Assembly (NCBI GenBank): GCA_947040595.1
Contig: CAMRBZ010000013.1
Span: 5,730-29,729, forward strand
Source of the DNA: an uncultured Enterovibrio sp.
GTDB lineage: Bacteria > Pseudomonadota > Gammaproteobacteria > Enterobacterales > Vibrionaceae
Direction: 5' to 3'
DNA: 24,000 nt
Shown here: positions 1 through 8,127 of the stretch, in pieces
How the letters are laid out: each line of letters starts with the position of its first letter
Numbering within the stretch: the first letter of the stretch is position 1
Translations under genes and position numbers: made by a program
The notes under the pieces: model-generated
The model's input: the letters and a program-made list of their open reading frames with translations, nothing else
Databases searched by the model: none
What the model was told of the DNA's origin: nothing

Positions 1-1
1 T

Positions 2-133
2 GACCACGTTGCGATGACTGGAGGGGAATCTATTTTGTTTCCGAATGAAAATGTAGAAGAAGGGCAAAGGGCTTGTTTATTGATCCAGCCTTTTTCTCTT
101 GATTTTTCTCGTCCTTTTTATGTCACGCCATAA
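2..133 (+). CDS. Possible 3' end of an unidentified CDS entering from the left window edge (43 codons, ...RPFYVTP*)
   Basis: Frame 2 is open from the window edge to TAA at 131-133. No minus-strand frame leaves the window with a usable start. I recognised no family motif, and 43 open codons is only weak evidence. Confidence 0.25.
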   Translation, partial: DHVAMTGGESILFPNENVEEGQRACLLIQPFSLDFSRPFYVTP

Positions 134-274
134 CGTTCTTTTCTTCTTTCTGGGTTCTTTTCATTTCATTCTCGGGGCATGTTTGCATGTCCAAGCAGGG
201 AAGGAATAGAGGATCTTAGGATGCAGAGCCAGTTCTGTTCTCAATGTCGGAAGGTGTTTTTTTGATTTCAAAAG

Positions 275-294
275 CACTGTATATATATACAGTG
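275..294. promoter_or_regulatory. LexA (SOS) box 1, CACTGTATATATATACAGTG
   Basis: Perfect 20-bp palindrome with CTGT-N8-ACAG at 277-292 and an all-TA spacer. It matches 18/20 of the gammaproteobacterial consensus TACTGTATATATATACAGTA. Confidence 0.8.
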
Positions 295-386
295 TTTTTG
301 TTTTCTCCGTAAAAAGGCATATTTTCTTTGATGAAATGCGTGTTTTTTATTCGATTCGCTCTTTAAATGCACTCAAATTGTATTTT

Positions 387-410
387 TCAGTAAAAACAGA
401 TTTTTACTGA
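387..410. repeat. Perfect inverted repeat TCAGTAAAAA-caga-TTTTTACTGA just upstream of LexA box 2, function unknown
   Basis: 10-bp arms with a 4-nt spacer, read directly from the sequence. AT-rich, with no adjacent T-run on either strand. Confidence 0.6.
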
Positions 411-411
411 G

Positions 412-431
412 TACTGTATATTCATACAGTG
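412..431. promoter_or_regulatory. LexA (SOS) box 2, TACTGTATATTCATACAGTG
   Basis: CTGT-N8-ACAG at 414-429. Like box 1 it is followed by TGTTTTTG-N2-TTCT-N3-TAAAAA, so the box and its flank look duplicated. Confidence 0.75.
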
Positions 432-550
432 TTTTTGCGTTCTTTATAAAAATAAACAGAACTGAACATAAAAAAGATCGATTTAATTAAAAAAAGTCTC
501 TTTTTATGCCTTCTTCGTGTTGGCAAAATGCCTAGGCGATTAGGGGGATA

Positions 551-559
551 TGGTAGAAT
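551..559 (+). promoter_or_regulatory. Candidate extended -10 promoter element (TGgTAGAAT) for hrpA
   Basis: TGnTAGAAT lies 56 bp upstream of the hrpA start. There is no good -35. A 12-bp palindrome TACAGCGCTGTA follows at 567-578. Confidence 0.35.
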
Positions 560-614
560 TTAGCAATACAGCGCTGTACTGGCTCTCTTCATTATTTCAA
601 TTCTGGACATACAT

Positions 615-3600
615 TTGACTGCCTCAACCCATAAAAACAATGCACCGACACTCTTTGCCGCTCTTAATGAATGCATGCTGAAAGACCGATTTCGTCTTTC
701 TAAGCGGATAAAAGGCGCGCAGCGGATCAGCCAAGAAGCGCCGCGCTTAAAAGCATTTGATCACATTGCTCTCGACATAGCAAAATCCATGCAGCAGCGC
801 ATTATGCGTAAAAATAATACCTCAAAGATAGATTTTCCTGAGGCGTTACCCGTAAGCCAAATGAAAGAAGAGATTGCTGAGGCGATTTCGCGTCATCAAG
901 TTTTGATTTTGGCAGGAGAGACGGGCTCAGGTAAAACCACACAGCTCCCTAAAATTTGCATGGAGCTTGGCTTCGGTGTCTCAGGCTTTATTGGGCATAC
1001 TCAGCCTCGCCGTTTGGCCGCGCGCACGGTGGCCACACGAATCGCACAAGAGATGAACACCGAGCTTGGGAACCTGGTTGGGTACAAGGTGCGTTTTAAC
1101 GATAAGGTCAGTGAAAATTCACGTGTAAAACTCATGACGGATGGGATTTTATTGGCTGAAATTCAACATGATAGGTATTTAAATCAATACGATTGTATCA
1201 TCATTGATGAAGCCCATGAACGCAGTCTTAATATTGATTTTATTCTGGGTTATTTAAAGCAACTCTTGCCTAAACGGCCCGATTTAAAACTGATTATTAC
1301 CTCGGCCACCATAGATCCTGAACGATTTTCTGCGCATTTTGAAAATGCCCCGATCATCGAGGTTTCAGGGCGCACGTTTCCTGTGGAAGTGCGTTACCGT
1401 GCAGCTTTAGACAAAGAAGAAGAAACTGAACGTGATCCGCTTCAGGGGATTTTTGATGCAGTTGATGAATTACAAGAAGAAAAATCCGGCGACATTTTGA
1501 TTTTTATGAGTGGAGAGCGGGAAATCAGAGACACCGCAGAAGCCTTGAAAAAAAGACACTTGCGTGACACTGAAATCGTTCCTCTTTATGCGCGTTTGTC
1601 TTCTTCCGAACAAAATAGAGCCTTTCAGAGCCATATAGGGCGTCGTATTGTATTGGCGACAAACGTGGCTGAAACCTCGGTAACGGTACCGGGCATTAAA
1701 TACGTGATCGATCCTGGAACCGCACGTATCTCTCGTTACAGTTACCGCACTAAAGTGCAACGATTGCCTATAGAGCCTATTTCTCAAGCTAGTGCAAATC
1801 AGCGTAAAGGACGTTGCGGGCGTCTTTCTGACGGTATCTGTATCCGTCTTTATTCAGAAGAAGATTTTTTGTCGCGCCCAGAATTTACTGATCCTGAGAT
1901 TTTTAGGACTCATCTTGCAAGCGTGATTTTACAAATGACCGCGATAGGTCTAGGTGATATTGCTGCGTTTCCTTTTGTGCAAGCCCCTGACAGCCGTCAT
2001 ATTTCAGACGGTGTTCGCTTGCTAGAAGAGCTTGGGGCCATGAAAGAGGGAGAAAAAGGCGCCCCTAAAAGCCTGACTGAACGGGGTTATGCGCTCTCAA
2101 AATTACCCACAGATCCGCGTTTAGGCCGCATGGTGTTAGAAGGGGCCAAGATGGGGGCGTTAGAGGAAATGATGATCATTGCCTCCGCCTTGTCTATTCA
2201 AGATCCCAGAGAACGTCCCTTAGAGAAACAATTTGCCTCGGATGAAAAACACCGCCGATTTTTAGACAAGACCTCCGATTTTGTTTCCTACATCAATTTA
2301 TGGAATTATCTTGCAGATCAACAAAAAAGCCTTTCTGTTAATCAGTTTAGAAAGCAATGTAAAAGTGATTATCTCAATTATTTGCGTGTGCGTGAGTGGC
2401 AAGACGTCCATTTTCAAATACGCCAAGTGGTCCGAGAGCTGGGTTACAAGATAAACCAAGAGCCCGCGGATTATCTTTGTGTGCATGTGTCTTTGTTGGC
2501 CGGTCTTTTGTCTCATATTGGTCTGAAAGATATGGAAAAAAATGAATACCAAGGCGCGCGCAATGCCCGTTTTAGTCTTTTTCCAGGCTCGGGTATTTTT
2601 AAAAAACAGCCTAAATGGGTCATTGTGGCGGAGTTGGTCGAAACGTCAAAACTGTGGGGGCGTGTGGCGGCCAAAATTGAGCCTGAATGGATTGAACCGC
2701 TTTGTCCGCATTTGATAAAACGCACGTACAGTGAGCCACACTGGGAGAAAAAACAAGAAGCAGTTATGGCTTATGAAAAAGTCATGTTGTATGGGATTGC
2801 CATTGTTGCAAAACGCAAAGTCAATTACAGCTTGATAGATCCCGTATTGTGTCGAGAGATTTTTATTCGCAGTGCGCTGGTGGAAGGTGAATGGACGAGC
2901 AAACATGCTTTTTATCATCAAAACCAAACGCTTCTCAATGAGGTCGAAGAATTAGAGCATAAATCGAGACGCCGAAATATTTTAGTGGACGATGAAACCT
3001 TGTATGCCTTTTATGATCAGCGTATTCATCACAGCATTGTATCAGGACGCGATTTTAACGCCTGGTGGAAAGAGACAAGTAAAGCGGAGCCTGAAAAACT
3101 CCATTTTGAAAAAGCCATGCTTTTGGCAAATGATGCAAGCCATATTACAGAGCTTGATTACCCTAATTTTTGGCACCAAGGGAATTTAAAATTAAAACTG
3201 AGCTATCACTTTGATCCGCAAAATCATCAAGACGGCGTGACAGTACACCTTCCTTTGCCGATTTTAAATCAAGTGCAATCGGGGGGGTTTGATTGGCAAA
3301 TCCCTGGGCTACGTGAAGAGCTGGTGGTGGCCTTGATTAAATCCCTGCCCAAACCGTTACGTCGTCACTTTGTACCTGCCCCTAATTATGCATCTGCTTT
3401 TTTACAGCGTGTGACTGTGATGGAAATGCCCTTATTGGAGGCATTGGAAAAAGAGTTTAAGCGAATGACGGGTGTCTCTATACAAAGAGACGATTGGCGG
3501 GTGGATGCATTGCCTGAGCATTTAAAGATAACCTACCGCGTGGTGGGAGATAAAAATAAAACCTTGAATGAAAGCCATGATTTGCATGGGTTAAAAGAAA

Positions 3601-4514
3601 CGTTAAAAGAACAGATACAAGAAACCTTGTCTCAAGTTGCGGATGATGACATCGAGCAGCAAGGTTTAACGACCTGGAGTTTTGGGGCGTTAACCAAGGT
3701 GTATGAGCAAAAGCGTGCTGGATTTGAAGTGAAAGCCTTTCCTGCCATTGTGGACAACAAGGACTCGGTCGGGATCAAACTCTTCGAAACTGAAGAAGAG
3801 CAACAGCAGGCCATGAAGCAAGGTGAGCGACGTTTGGTCTTATTGAATGTCCCTTCTCCGATAAAATACTTGCACGAACATCTTCCCAATAAATCTAAAT
3901 TAGGTTTGTACTTTAACGCTTATGGGCGTGTTCTTGATTTAATTGATGATTGTATTGCCTGTGGCGTTGATTTTTTGATTGAATCAAAGGGAGGGGTTGT
4001 TTGGGAGCCTCAAAAATTTGAGGCTCTTAAAGAAGGTGTGCGTGGCGAATTAGGGGATTGTGTATTGGAGATCGCAAAGCAAGTTGAACGGATTTTAACA
4101 ACGGCCTTTAACATCAATAAAAAGCTGAAAGGGAAAATCGATTTCACTATGGCGTTTGCTTTGTCTGATATCAAAGCGCAAATGGCAGGCCTTATTTATA
4201 AAGGGTTTGCAACGGAGTCTGGTTGTGCGCGCTTGCCTGATATTGAGCGCTATCTTTTCGCGATTGAGCGACGATTAGAAAAACTGCCCATCGACCCGAA
4301 TAAAGACCGATTACACATGATCAAATTGGAGGCTGTGACATTGGAATACAAAGCCTTAATCAATCGTTTTCAAAGAGGTCAAAAAATTCCTGGTGCGGTA
4401 AAAGAGATCCGCTGGATGATAGAAGAGCTTCGAGTGAGTTATTTTGCACAACAATTGGGGACGCCGTACCCCATCTCCGATAAGCGCATTCAAAATGCCA
4501 TTGCCAGTGTTTAG
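615..4514 (+). CDS. hrpA: ATP-dependent RNA helicase HrpA (DEAH-box), 1299 aa, apparent TTG start
   Basis: Walker A GETGSGKTTQ, DEAH box IIIDEAHERS, and length and N-terminus (..LMLKDRFRLSKR..) like E. coli HrpA (1300 aa). No in-frame ATG lies near the N-terminus, so TTG at 615 is used. Confidence 0.95.
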   Translation: MTASTHKNNAPTLFAALNECMLKDRFRLSKRIKGAQRISQEAPRLKAFDHIALDIAKSMQQRIMRKNNTSKIDFPEALPVSQMKEEIAEAISRHQVLILAGETGSGKTTQLPKICMELGFGVSGFIGHTQPRRLAARTVATRIAQEMNTELGNLVGYKVRFNDKVSENSRVKLMTDGILLAEIQHDRYLNQYDCIIIDEAHERSLNIDFILGYLKQLLPKRPDLKLIITSATIDPERFSAHFENAPIIEVSGRTFPVEVRYRAALDKEEETERDPLQGIFDAVDELQEEKSGDILIFMSGEREIRDTAEALKKRHLRDTEIVPLYARLSSSEQNRAFQSHIGRRIVLATNVAETSVTVPGIKYVIDPGTARISRYSYRTKVQRLPIEPISQASANQRKGRCGRLSDGICIRLYSEEDFLSRPEFTDPEIFRTHLASVILQMTAIGLGDIAAFPFVQAPDSRHISDGVRLLEELGAMKEGEKGAPKSLTERGYALSKLPTDPRLGRMVLEGAKMGALEEMMIIASALSIQDPRERPLEKQFASDEKHRRFLDKTSDFVSYINLWNYLADQQKSLSVNQFRKQCKSDYLNYLRVREWQDVHFQIRQVVRELGYKINQEPADYLCVHVSLLAGLLSHIGLKDMEKNEYQGARNARFSLFPGSGIFKKQPKWVIVAELVETSKLWGRVAAKIEPEWIEPLCPHLIKRTYSEPHWEKKQEAVMAYEKVMLYGIAIVAKRKVNYSLIDPVLCREIFIRSALVEGEWTSKHAFYHQNQTLLNEVEELEHKSRRRNILVDDETLYAFYDQRIHHSIVSGRDFNAWWKETSKAEPEKLHFEKAMLLANDASHITELDYPNFWHQGNLKLKLSYHFDPQNHQDGVTVHLPLPILNQVQSGGFDWQIPGLREELVVALIKSLPKPLRRHFVPAPNYASAFLQRVTVMEMPLLEALEKEFKRMTGVSIQRDDWRVDALPEHLKITYRVVGDKNKTLNESHDLHGLKETLKEQIQETLSQVADDDIEQQGLTTWSFGALTKVYEQKRAGFEVKAFPAIVDNKDSVGIKLFETEEEQQQAMKQGERRLVLLNVPSPIKYLHEHLPNKSKLGLYFNAYGRVLDLIDDCIACGVDFLIESKGGVVWEPQKFEALKEGVRGELGDCVLEIAKQVERILTTAFNINKKLKGKIDFTMAFALSDIKAQMAGLIYKGFATESGCARLPDIERYLFAIERRLEKLPIDPNKDRLHMIKLEAVTLEYKALINRFQRGQKIPGAVKEIRWMIEELRVSYFAQQLGTPYPISDKRIQNAIASV

Positions 4515-4564
4515 ACTTTAACCTGCTTTGGTTTTTTAAAAGAATGATCATGAAACAATAAGAT

Positions 4565-4592
4565 AACGCGCATTCATGGCGCGTTTTTTTTT
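4565..4592 (+). terminator. Rho-independent terminator of hrpA
   Basis: Stem AACGCGC/GCGCGTT with a 7-nt loop, followed by a run of 9 T. Confidence 0.8.
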
Positions 4593-4636
4593 AATGTCTC
4601 ACACTCTTTATTCCTTTTCATTTTTTGGCGTCTCGA

Positions 4637-5512
4637 ATGAACCGATTCTTTTTCATAAAAAAGGCCCCGCTTGCATTGGTTGTTTCTCTTGTTCTTTTTT
4701 CGAATGGCGCTCTGGGGGTTCAGCCTGTTTTGCCTGTTGCGCCTTTGTTGGCGATTTCGTATAACAATGAACGCGCGTTGGATTGGGGCCAGTATCTTTA
4801 CAGTGAAAAATTGGATGGGATCAGGGCCATTTGGACAGGAACCGAATTAAGGACAAAGCAAGGGACACGTCTTTTTGCGCCAGAATGGTTTATTGAGAGA
4901 TTGCCAGATTATCCTGTCGAAGGAGAGCTTTGGGCAGGACGCGGCACGTTTGAATATCTTATGTCAGTGGTTTTAGATAAAACCCCTAACGCGCAAGAGT
5001 GGAAAAAGGTGCAGTTTATGCTTTTTGATTTACCCGGGGATCAGGGGGATTATTCCGCTCGTTATCAGGCTTTGCGTGAACTGGTACAAGAGATAGGACA
5101 AACACAGATACAATTCATTGAACATCATCCAGCTAAAAACGAAAAAGCGATAATGCAAGAGCTTGAACGCCGTGTTCTTTTAGGGGCCGAAGGGCTTATT
5201 TTACGAGATAAAAAGGCATTGTATGTTTCAGGGCGAGACGAGGGTGTTCAAAAATTAAAAGTAACCCAAGACGCAGAAGCCCAAGTGTTGAGGTATTTTG
5301 AAGGAAAAGGAAAGTACAAAGGAAAAATGGGATCCATTCTTGTTAAAATGGACAATGGTAAAACCTTTAAAATTGGCACAGGATTCACTGATGAACAAAG
5401 AATGAATCCACCAAAGATAGGCAGCAAAGTAACTTATCTCTTTAATGGTGTAACGAAAAAAGGGATCCCTAAATTTGCGCGTTATTGGAGAACGGACATC
5501 ACCAAGCAATGA
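4637..5512 (+). CDS. ligE: Minimal ATP-dependent DNA ligase with N-terminal signal peptide (Lig E class, predicted periplasmic)
   Basis: Nucleotidyltransferase motif I SEKLDGIRA (KxDG), motif III FMLFDL, motif IV AEGLILR, motif V VQKLKV. The N-terminus MNRFFFIKKAPLALVVSLVLFSNGALG is signal-peptide-like. Start placed at the ATG at 4637 inside the ORF that opens at 4625. Confidence 0.85.
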   Translation: MNRFFFIKKAPLALVVSLVLFSNGALGVQPVLPVAPLLAISYNNERALDWGQYLYSEKLDGIRAIWTGTELRTKQGTRLFAPEWFIERLPDYPVEGELWAGRGTFEYLMSVVLDKTPNAQEWKKVQFMLFDLPGDQGDYSARYQALRELVQEIGQTQIQFIEHHPAKNEKAIMQELERRVLLGAEGLILRDKKALYVSGRDEGVQKLKVTQDAEAQVLRYFEGKGKYKGKMGSILVKMDNGKTFKIGTGFTDEQRMNPPKIGSKVTYLFNGVTKKGIPKFARYWRTDITKQ

Positions 5513-5553
5513 AAAGGGGTGCGGGGGAGTCAAAAGAAAATAAAAGAAAAAAG

Positions 5554-5592
5554 AAACCGCCTTTTTCAATCTTTATACGAGAAAGGCGGTTT
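5554..5592 (-). terminator. fabA terminator hairpin, possibly also used by the convergent ligase gene
   Basis: 11-bp stem AAACCGCCTTT/AAAGGCGGTTT with a 17-nt loop. On the minus strand it is followed by TTCTTTTTT. Confidence 0.6.
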
Positions 5593-5615
5593 TAAAGAGG
5601 ATAAATAAAAAGAGA

Positions 5616-6134
5616 TTAAAAGGTTGAGGTGTCTTTAAATAAACCGACTTTAAGATCTTTTGCGACGTAGATTTCTTTTCCGTCAACAAGGACGCGACCG
5701 TCTGCCACGCTCATGACGAGTTTCCGATTAATAAGGCGTTTTATTTGGAGTTCATAAACGACTTTCTTGGCTGTTGGCAATACTTGCCCTGAAAATTTCA
5801 CTTCTCCGACACCCAAGGCTCTGCCTTTTCCTTCTCCTCCAATCCAGCCGAGGTAAAATCCAACGAGTTGCCACATGGCGTCAAGACCTAAGCAACCCGG
5901 CATGACGGGATCACCGATAAAATGGCAATCAAAAAACCAAAGTTCTGGGTGTATGTCTAATTCTGCGATAAGTTGGCCTTTTCCAAATTCGCCTCCCTCA
6001 TCTGTGATGCTTTTTATTCTGTCGATCATGAGCATGTTCGGTGCTGGCAACAATGGACTTTCTGGCCCAAACAGCTCTCCCTGGCTTGCAGCTATCAGAT
6101 CTTCTTTAGTATAAGATGGGTGTTTAATGTGCAT
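5616..6134 (-). CDS. fabA: 3-hydroxydecanoyl-ACP dehydratase/isomerase FabA
   Basis: 172 aa, colinear with E. coli FabA, including the active-site region [24 protein letters not shown]. Confidence 0.97.
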   Translation of the reverse strand: MHIKHPSYTKEDLIAASQGELFGPESPLLPAPNMLMIDRIKSITDEGGEFGKGQLIAELDIHPELWFFDCHFIGDPVMPGCLGLDAMWQLVGFYLGWIGGEGKGRALGVGEVKFSGQVLPTAKKVVYELQIKRLINRKLVMSVADGRVLVDGKEIYVAKDLKVGLFKDTSTF

Positions 6135-6167
6135 TTGTTCGTTCCTATTAGAAGAATAGAGCCAGGC

Positions 6168-6187
6168 TAGCGTACACTTGTACGCTA
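6168..6187 (-). promoter_or_regulatory. FabR-type operator palindrome TAGCGTACA-ct-TGTACGCTA upstream of fabA
   Basis: 9-bp perfect arms, 34 bp upstream of the fabA ATG. From memory it closely matches the E. coli fabA/fabB FabR site (GCGTACA..TGTACGC core). Confidence 0.65.
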
Positions 6188-6203
6188 ATCAAATCGGATC
6201 AGT
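6188..6203 (-). promoter_or_regulatory. FadR-like site abutting the FabR operator
   Basis: The minus strand reads ACTGATCCGATTTGATT directly 5' of the FabR palindrome, the same juxtaposition as E. coli fabA (ACTGATCGGACTTGTTC then AGCGTACA..). It overlaps the ycbZ stop codon (6199-6201). Confidence 0.5.
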
Positions 6204-7917
6204 GTTGATTTAGCCAGTTTTTAAGTGAATTTATGAAAGAAATGCGACGTGGTTCAGGATGATGCAAGGATTCTATTCGTTCAGCCATTTTTTCTAGGAG
6301 GGAGGTGTCCTCTTGGTTTTCAGCCTGATTTTCGTTGTCGGGGTTTTCATCTGGAGAAAAAGGCAAGCCTGCTATTAAAGGAAACACCTCTTCAACATCT
6401 TCTACAGGCCAAAGATGAAAGTGACCTGTTTTAACCGATTCAATGATCTCTTGATTTAAACATAAAGAGCGTAAATTGGCTTTAGGAAAAATCACACCTT
6501 GCGTCCCACAGAGACCGCGATGGGCACAAATTTTATAGAAACCTTCAATTTTTTCATTGATTCCACCGATGGCTTGCACTCGACCAAATTGATCGACGGC
6601 CCCGGTAATGGCGATAGATTGCTTTAAAGGTTGTAAGGACAATGCACTGACGAAAGCACATAACTCGGCAAGAGAGGCACTGTCTCCATCGACTTCGCAA
6701 TATGATTGCTCAAAAACAATGGACGCGGAATACAAGCAAGGCTCTTCTAATTCAAGTGCGGCCTGCAAGAAGGCTTGCATGATGATCATCCCTTTCGCGT
6801 GAAGACTGCCACCTAACTCCACTTTTCGTTCGACATCCGTGATTTCACCGTCTCCAAAATGAACAACACAAGAAATACGGGCAGGCTCTCCATAAGCCAG
6901 AGGATGTCCGGGTATTTCAATGACACTCAGTCCATTGACTTGTCCTATTTGCTCACCGGATGTTTCAATAAAGACTTGCCCCATGAGGATGTCTTCTAAT
7001 CCCCGAGAGGGAAGGTAGGAGGCGCGAAAATGTTTTTCGGTGAGAGCCGCTTGTATGTCTTCTTGTTCAAGAACGGGATGGGTAGACAAAAGATGGGCTT
7101 CACGGAATAAGGATTGGTACCACAAAGGACACAGTGGCATGCGTTCATTGTCTTCTGTAAAGCGCGCTCCTGCTTGCATGACGCGTTTAATGGCCTCTGT
7201 TGAAAGAGGCTTAACCTGGGCTTGTACCTGAATGTATTTAATAATGGACAAATAATCTTGAACGCTGTCTTTTGAGAGGTGCATTTCTTCTTCGAATTCG
7301 CAATAATCGCAGAGGCTGTGTAAGTCAGGCTCTAATTCGTCAAAATCGGAAAGAAGTGCACGGTCGCCGATAAGAATGATCCGGGTGTGTAATGCTTCAC
7401 CTTCTGGTACCTCGCAATAGATATTGGGGTTTGCACTTTCCCACTCAATTCGTTGACGGCTTAATGTGACTTTTAAGCGTTTCCATACAGAAGGAGGACA
7501 AAGTAATAAATGGGTCAGAGAAAGAAGAAGAACACCGCCATTGGCTTTATGAAGCAAACCTGTCACTTTTTGAGAGGGAGACCCTTCTTGCTTGGAGGGG
7601 TATATCGCACCAAAAAGCTGTATTTCATTAAAACGATCTGCACAAATAATGGGAAATTCGTTTGAGGGGAGATGTTCAATGACGAGTTGCTGAATAATGT
7701 CATAATAATCGTAAATATCAGGGGCGATCACACATAAGAAATGAGGAAAACTGGATTCATGGATCAGTTTACGGATGGCCTTATTGAGACGCAATTGCAC
7801 TCGACTGTAAGGAGTATTGTTAAGCTCTGAAGAATGGTTAAGCTCTGAATAAGAATCAAGATCTTCTTGAATCGATGTAAATTGAGGCCTAAGAGATTGC
7901 CAGGTCATTTCTTGCAT
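6199..7917 (-). CDS. ycbZ: Lon-like protease YcbZ/LonH family (no Walker A seen)
   Basis: Colinear with E. coli YcbZ as I recall it: ANGGVLLLSL, FGEPARISCVVHFGDGE, catalytic Ser context EVDGDSASLAELCA, Lys context GGINEKIEGF. Start moved to MQEMTW (7917), since the upstream 24 codons of the ORF look non-coding. The fabA-ycbZ-matP order matches E. coli. Confidence 0.9.
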   Translation of the reverse strand: MQEMTWQSLRPQFTSIQEDLDSYSELNHSSELNNTPYSRVQLRLNKAIRKLIHESSFPHFLCVIAPDIYDYYDIIQQLVIEHLPSNEFPIICADRFNEIQLFGAIYPSKQEGSPSQKVTGLLHKANGGVLLLSLTHLLLCPPSVWKRLKVTLSRQRIEWESANPNIYCEVPEGEALHTRIILIGDRALLSDFDELEPDLHSLCDYCEFEEEMHLSKDSVQDYLSIIKYIQVQAQVKPLSTEAIKRVMQAGARFTEDNERMPLCPLWYQSLFREAHLLSTHPVLEQEDIQAALTEKHFRASYLPSRGLEDILMGQVFIETSGEQIGQVNGLSVIEIPGHPLAYGEPARISCVVHFGDGEITDVERKVELGGSLHAKGMIIMQAFLQAALELEEPCLYSASIVFEQSYCEVDGDSASLAELCAFVSALSLQPLKQSIAITGAVDQFGRVQAIGGINEKIEGFYKICAHRGLCGTQGVIFPKANLRSLCLNQEIIESVKTGHFHLWPVEDVEEVFPLIAGLPFSPDENPDNENQAENQEDTSLLEKMAERIESLHHPEPRRISFINSLKNWLNQH

Positions 7918-8076
7918 GTGTGGTTGCTTCAAGGTTATGAAATAGTAATTACATGAAGTATAAAGGATTACGACGGGGCAAAGTAGCAAAGAAACCGCGC
8001 AATGACCTACATTCTATGGACAAAGAGAAAGGAAAAACCGCGGATTATTTTTCGCTTGATAAAAATGGAATCAATT

Positions 8077-8089
8077 GTTACAGTGTAAC
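8077..8089. promoter_or_regulatory. matS-like palindrome GTTACAGTGTAAC upstream of matP
   Basis: Same 5-3-5 architecture as the matS consensus GTGACRNYGTCAC. The centre AGT fits RNY, with one symmetric change per arm (GTGAC to GTTAC). It lies 39 bp upstream of the matP ATG. Confidence 0.35.
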
Positions 8090-8127
8090 TATTGTGCTGT
8101 GTTTTCCTAGAGGTGATCCTGTATATT

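Noticed and set aside
1470-3889. Antisense or alternative-frame ORFs of 65-105 aa inside hrpA (1470-1787, 2298-2552, 2513-2725, 2646-2927, 2992-3189, 3632-3889)
   Set aside because: They lie entirely within the strongly supported hrpA frame, have no recognisable motifs and have odd composition. They are typical shadow ORFs.
4576-4764. 62-aa plus-strand ORF overlapping the hrpA terminator and the ligase signal-peptide region
   Set aside because: It starts inside the terminator T-run, is out of frame with the well-supported ligase gene, and has a Cys/Phe-rich nonsense composition.
5255-7231. Assorted 61-104-aa ORFs antisense to the ligase, fabA and ycbZ genes (for example 5255-5569, 5875-6114, 5973-6170, 6249-6434, 6608-6802, 7040-7231)
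   Set aside because: These are shadow ORFs opposite strongly supported genes, with no independent signals.
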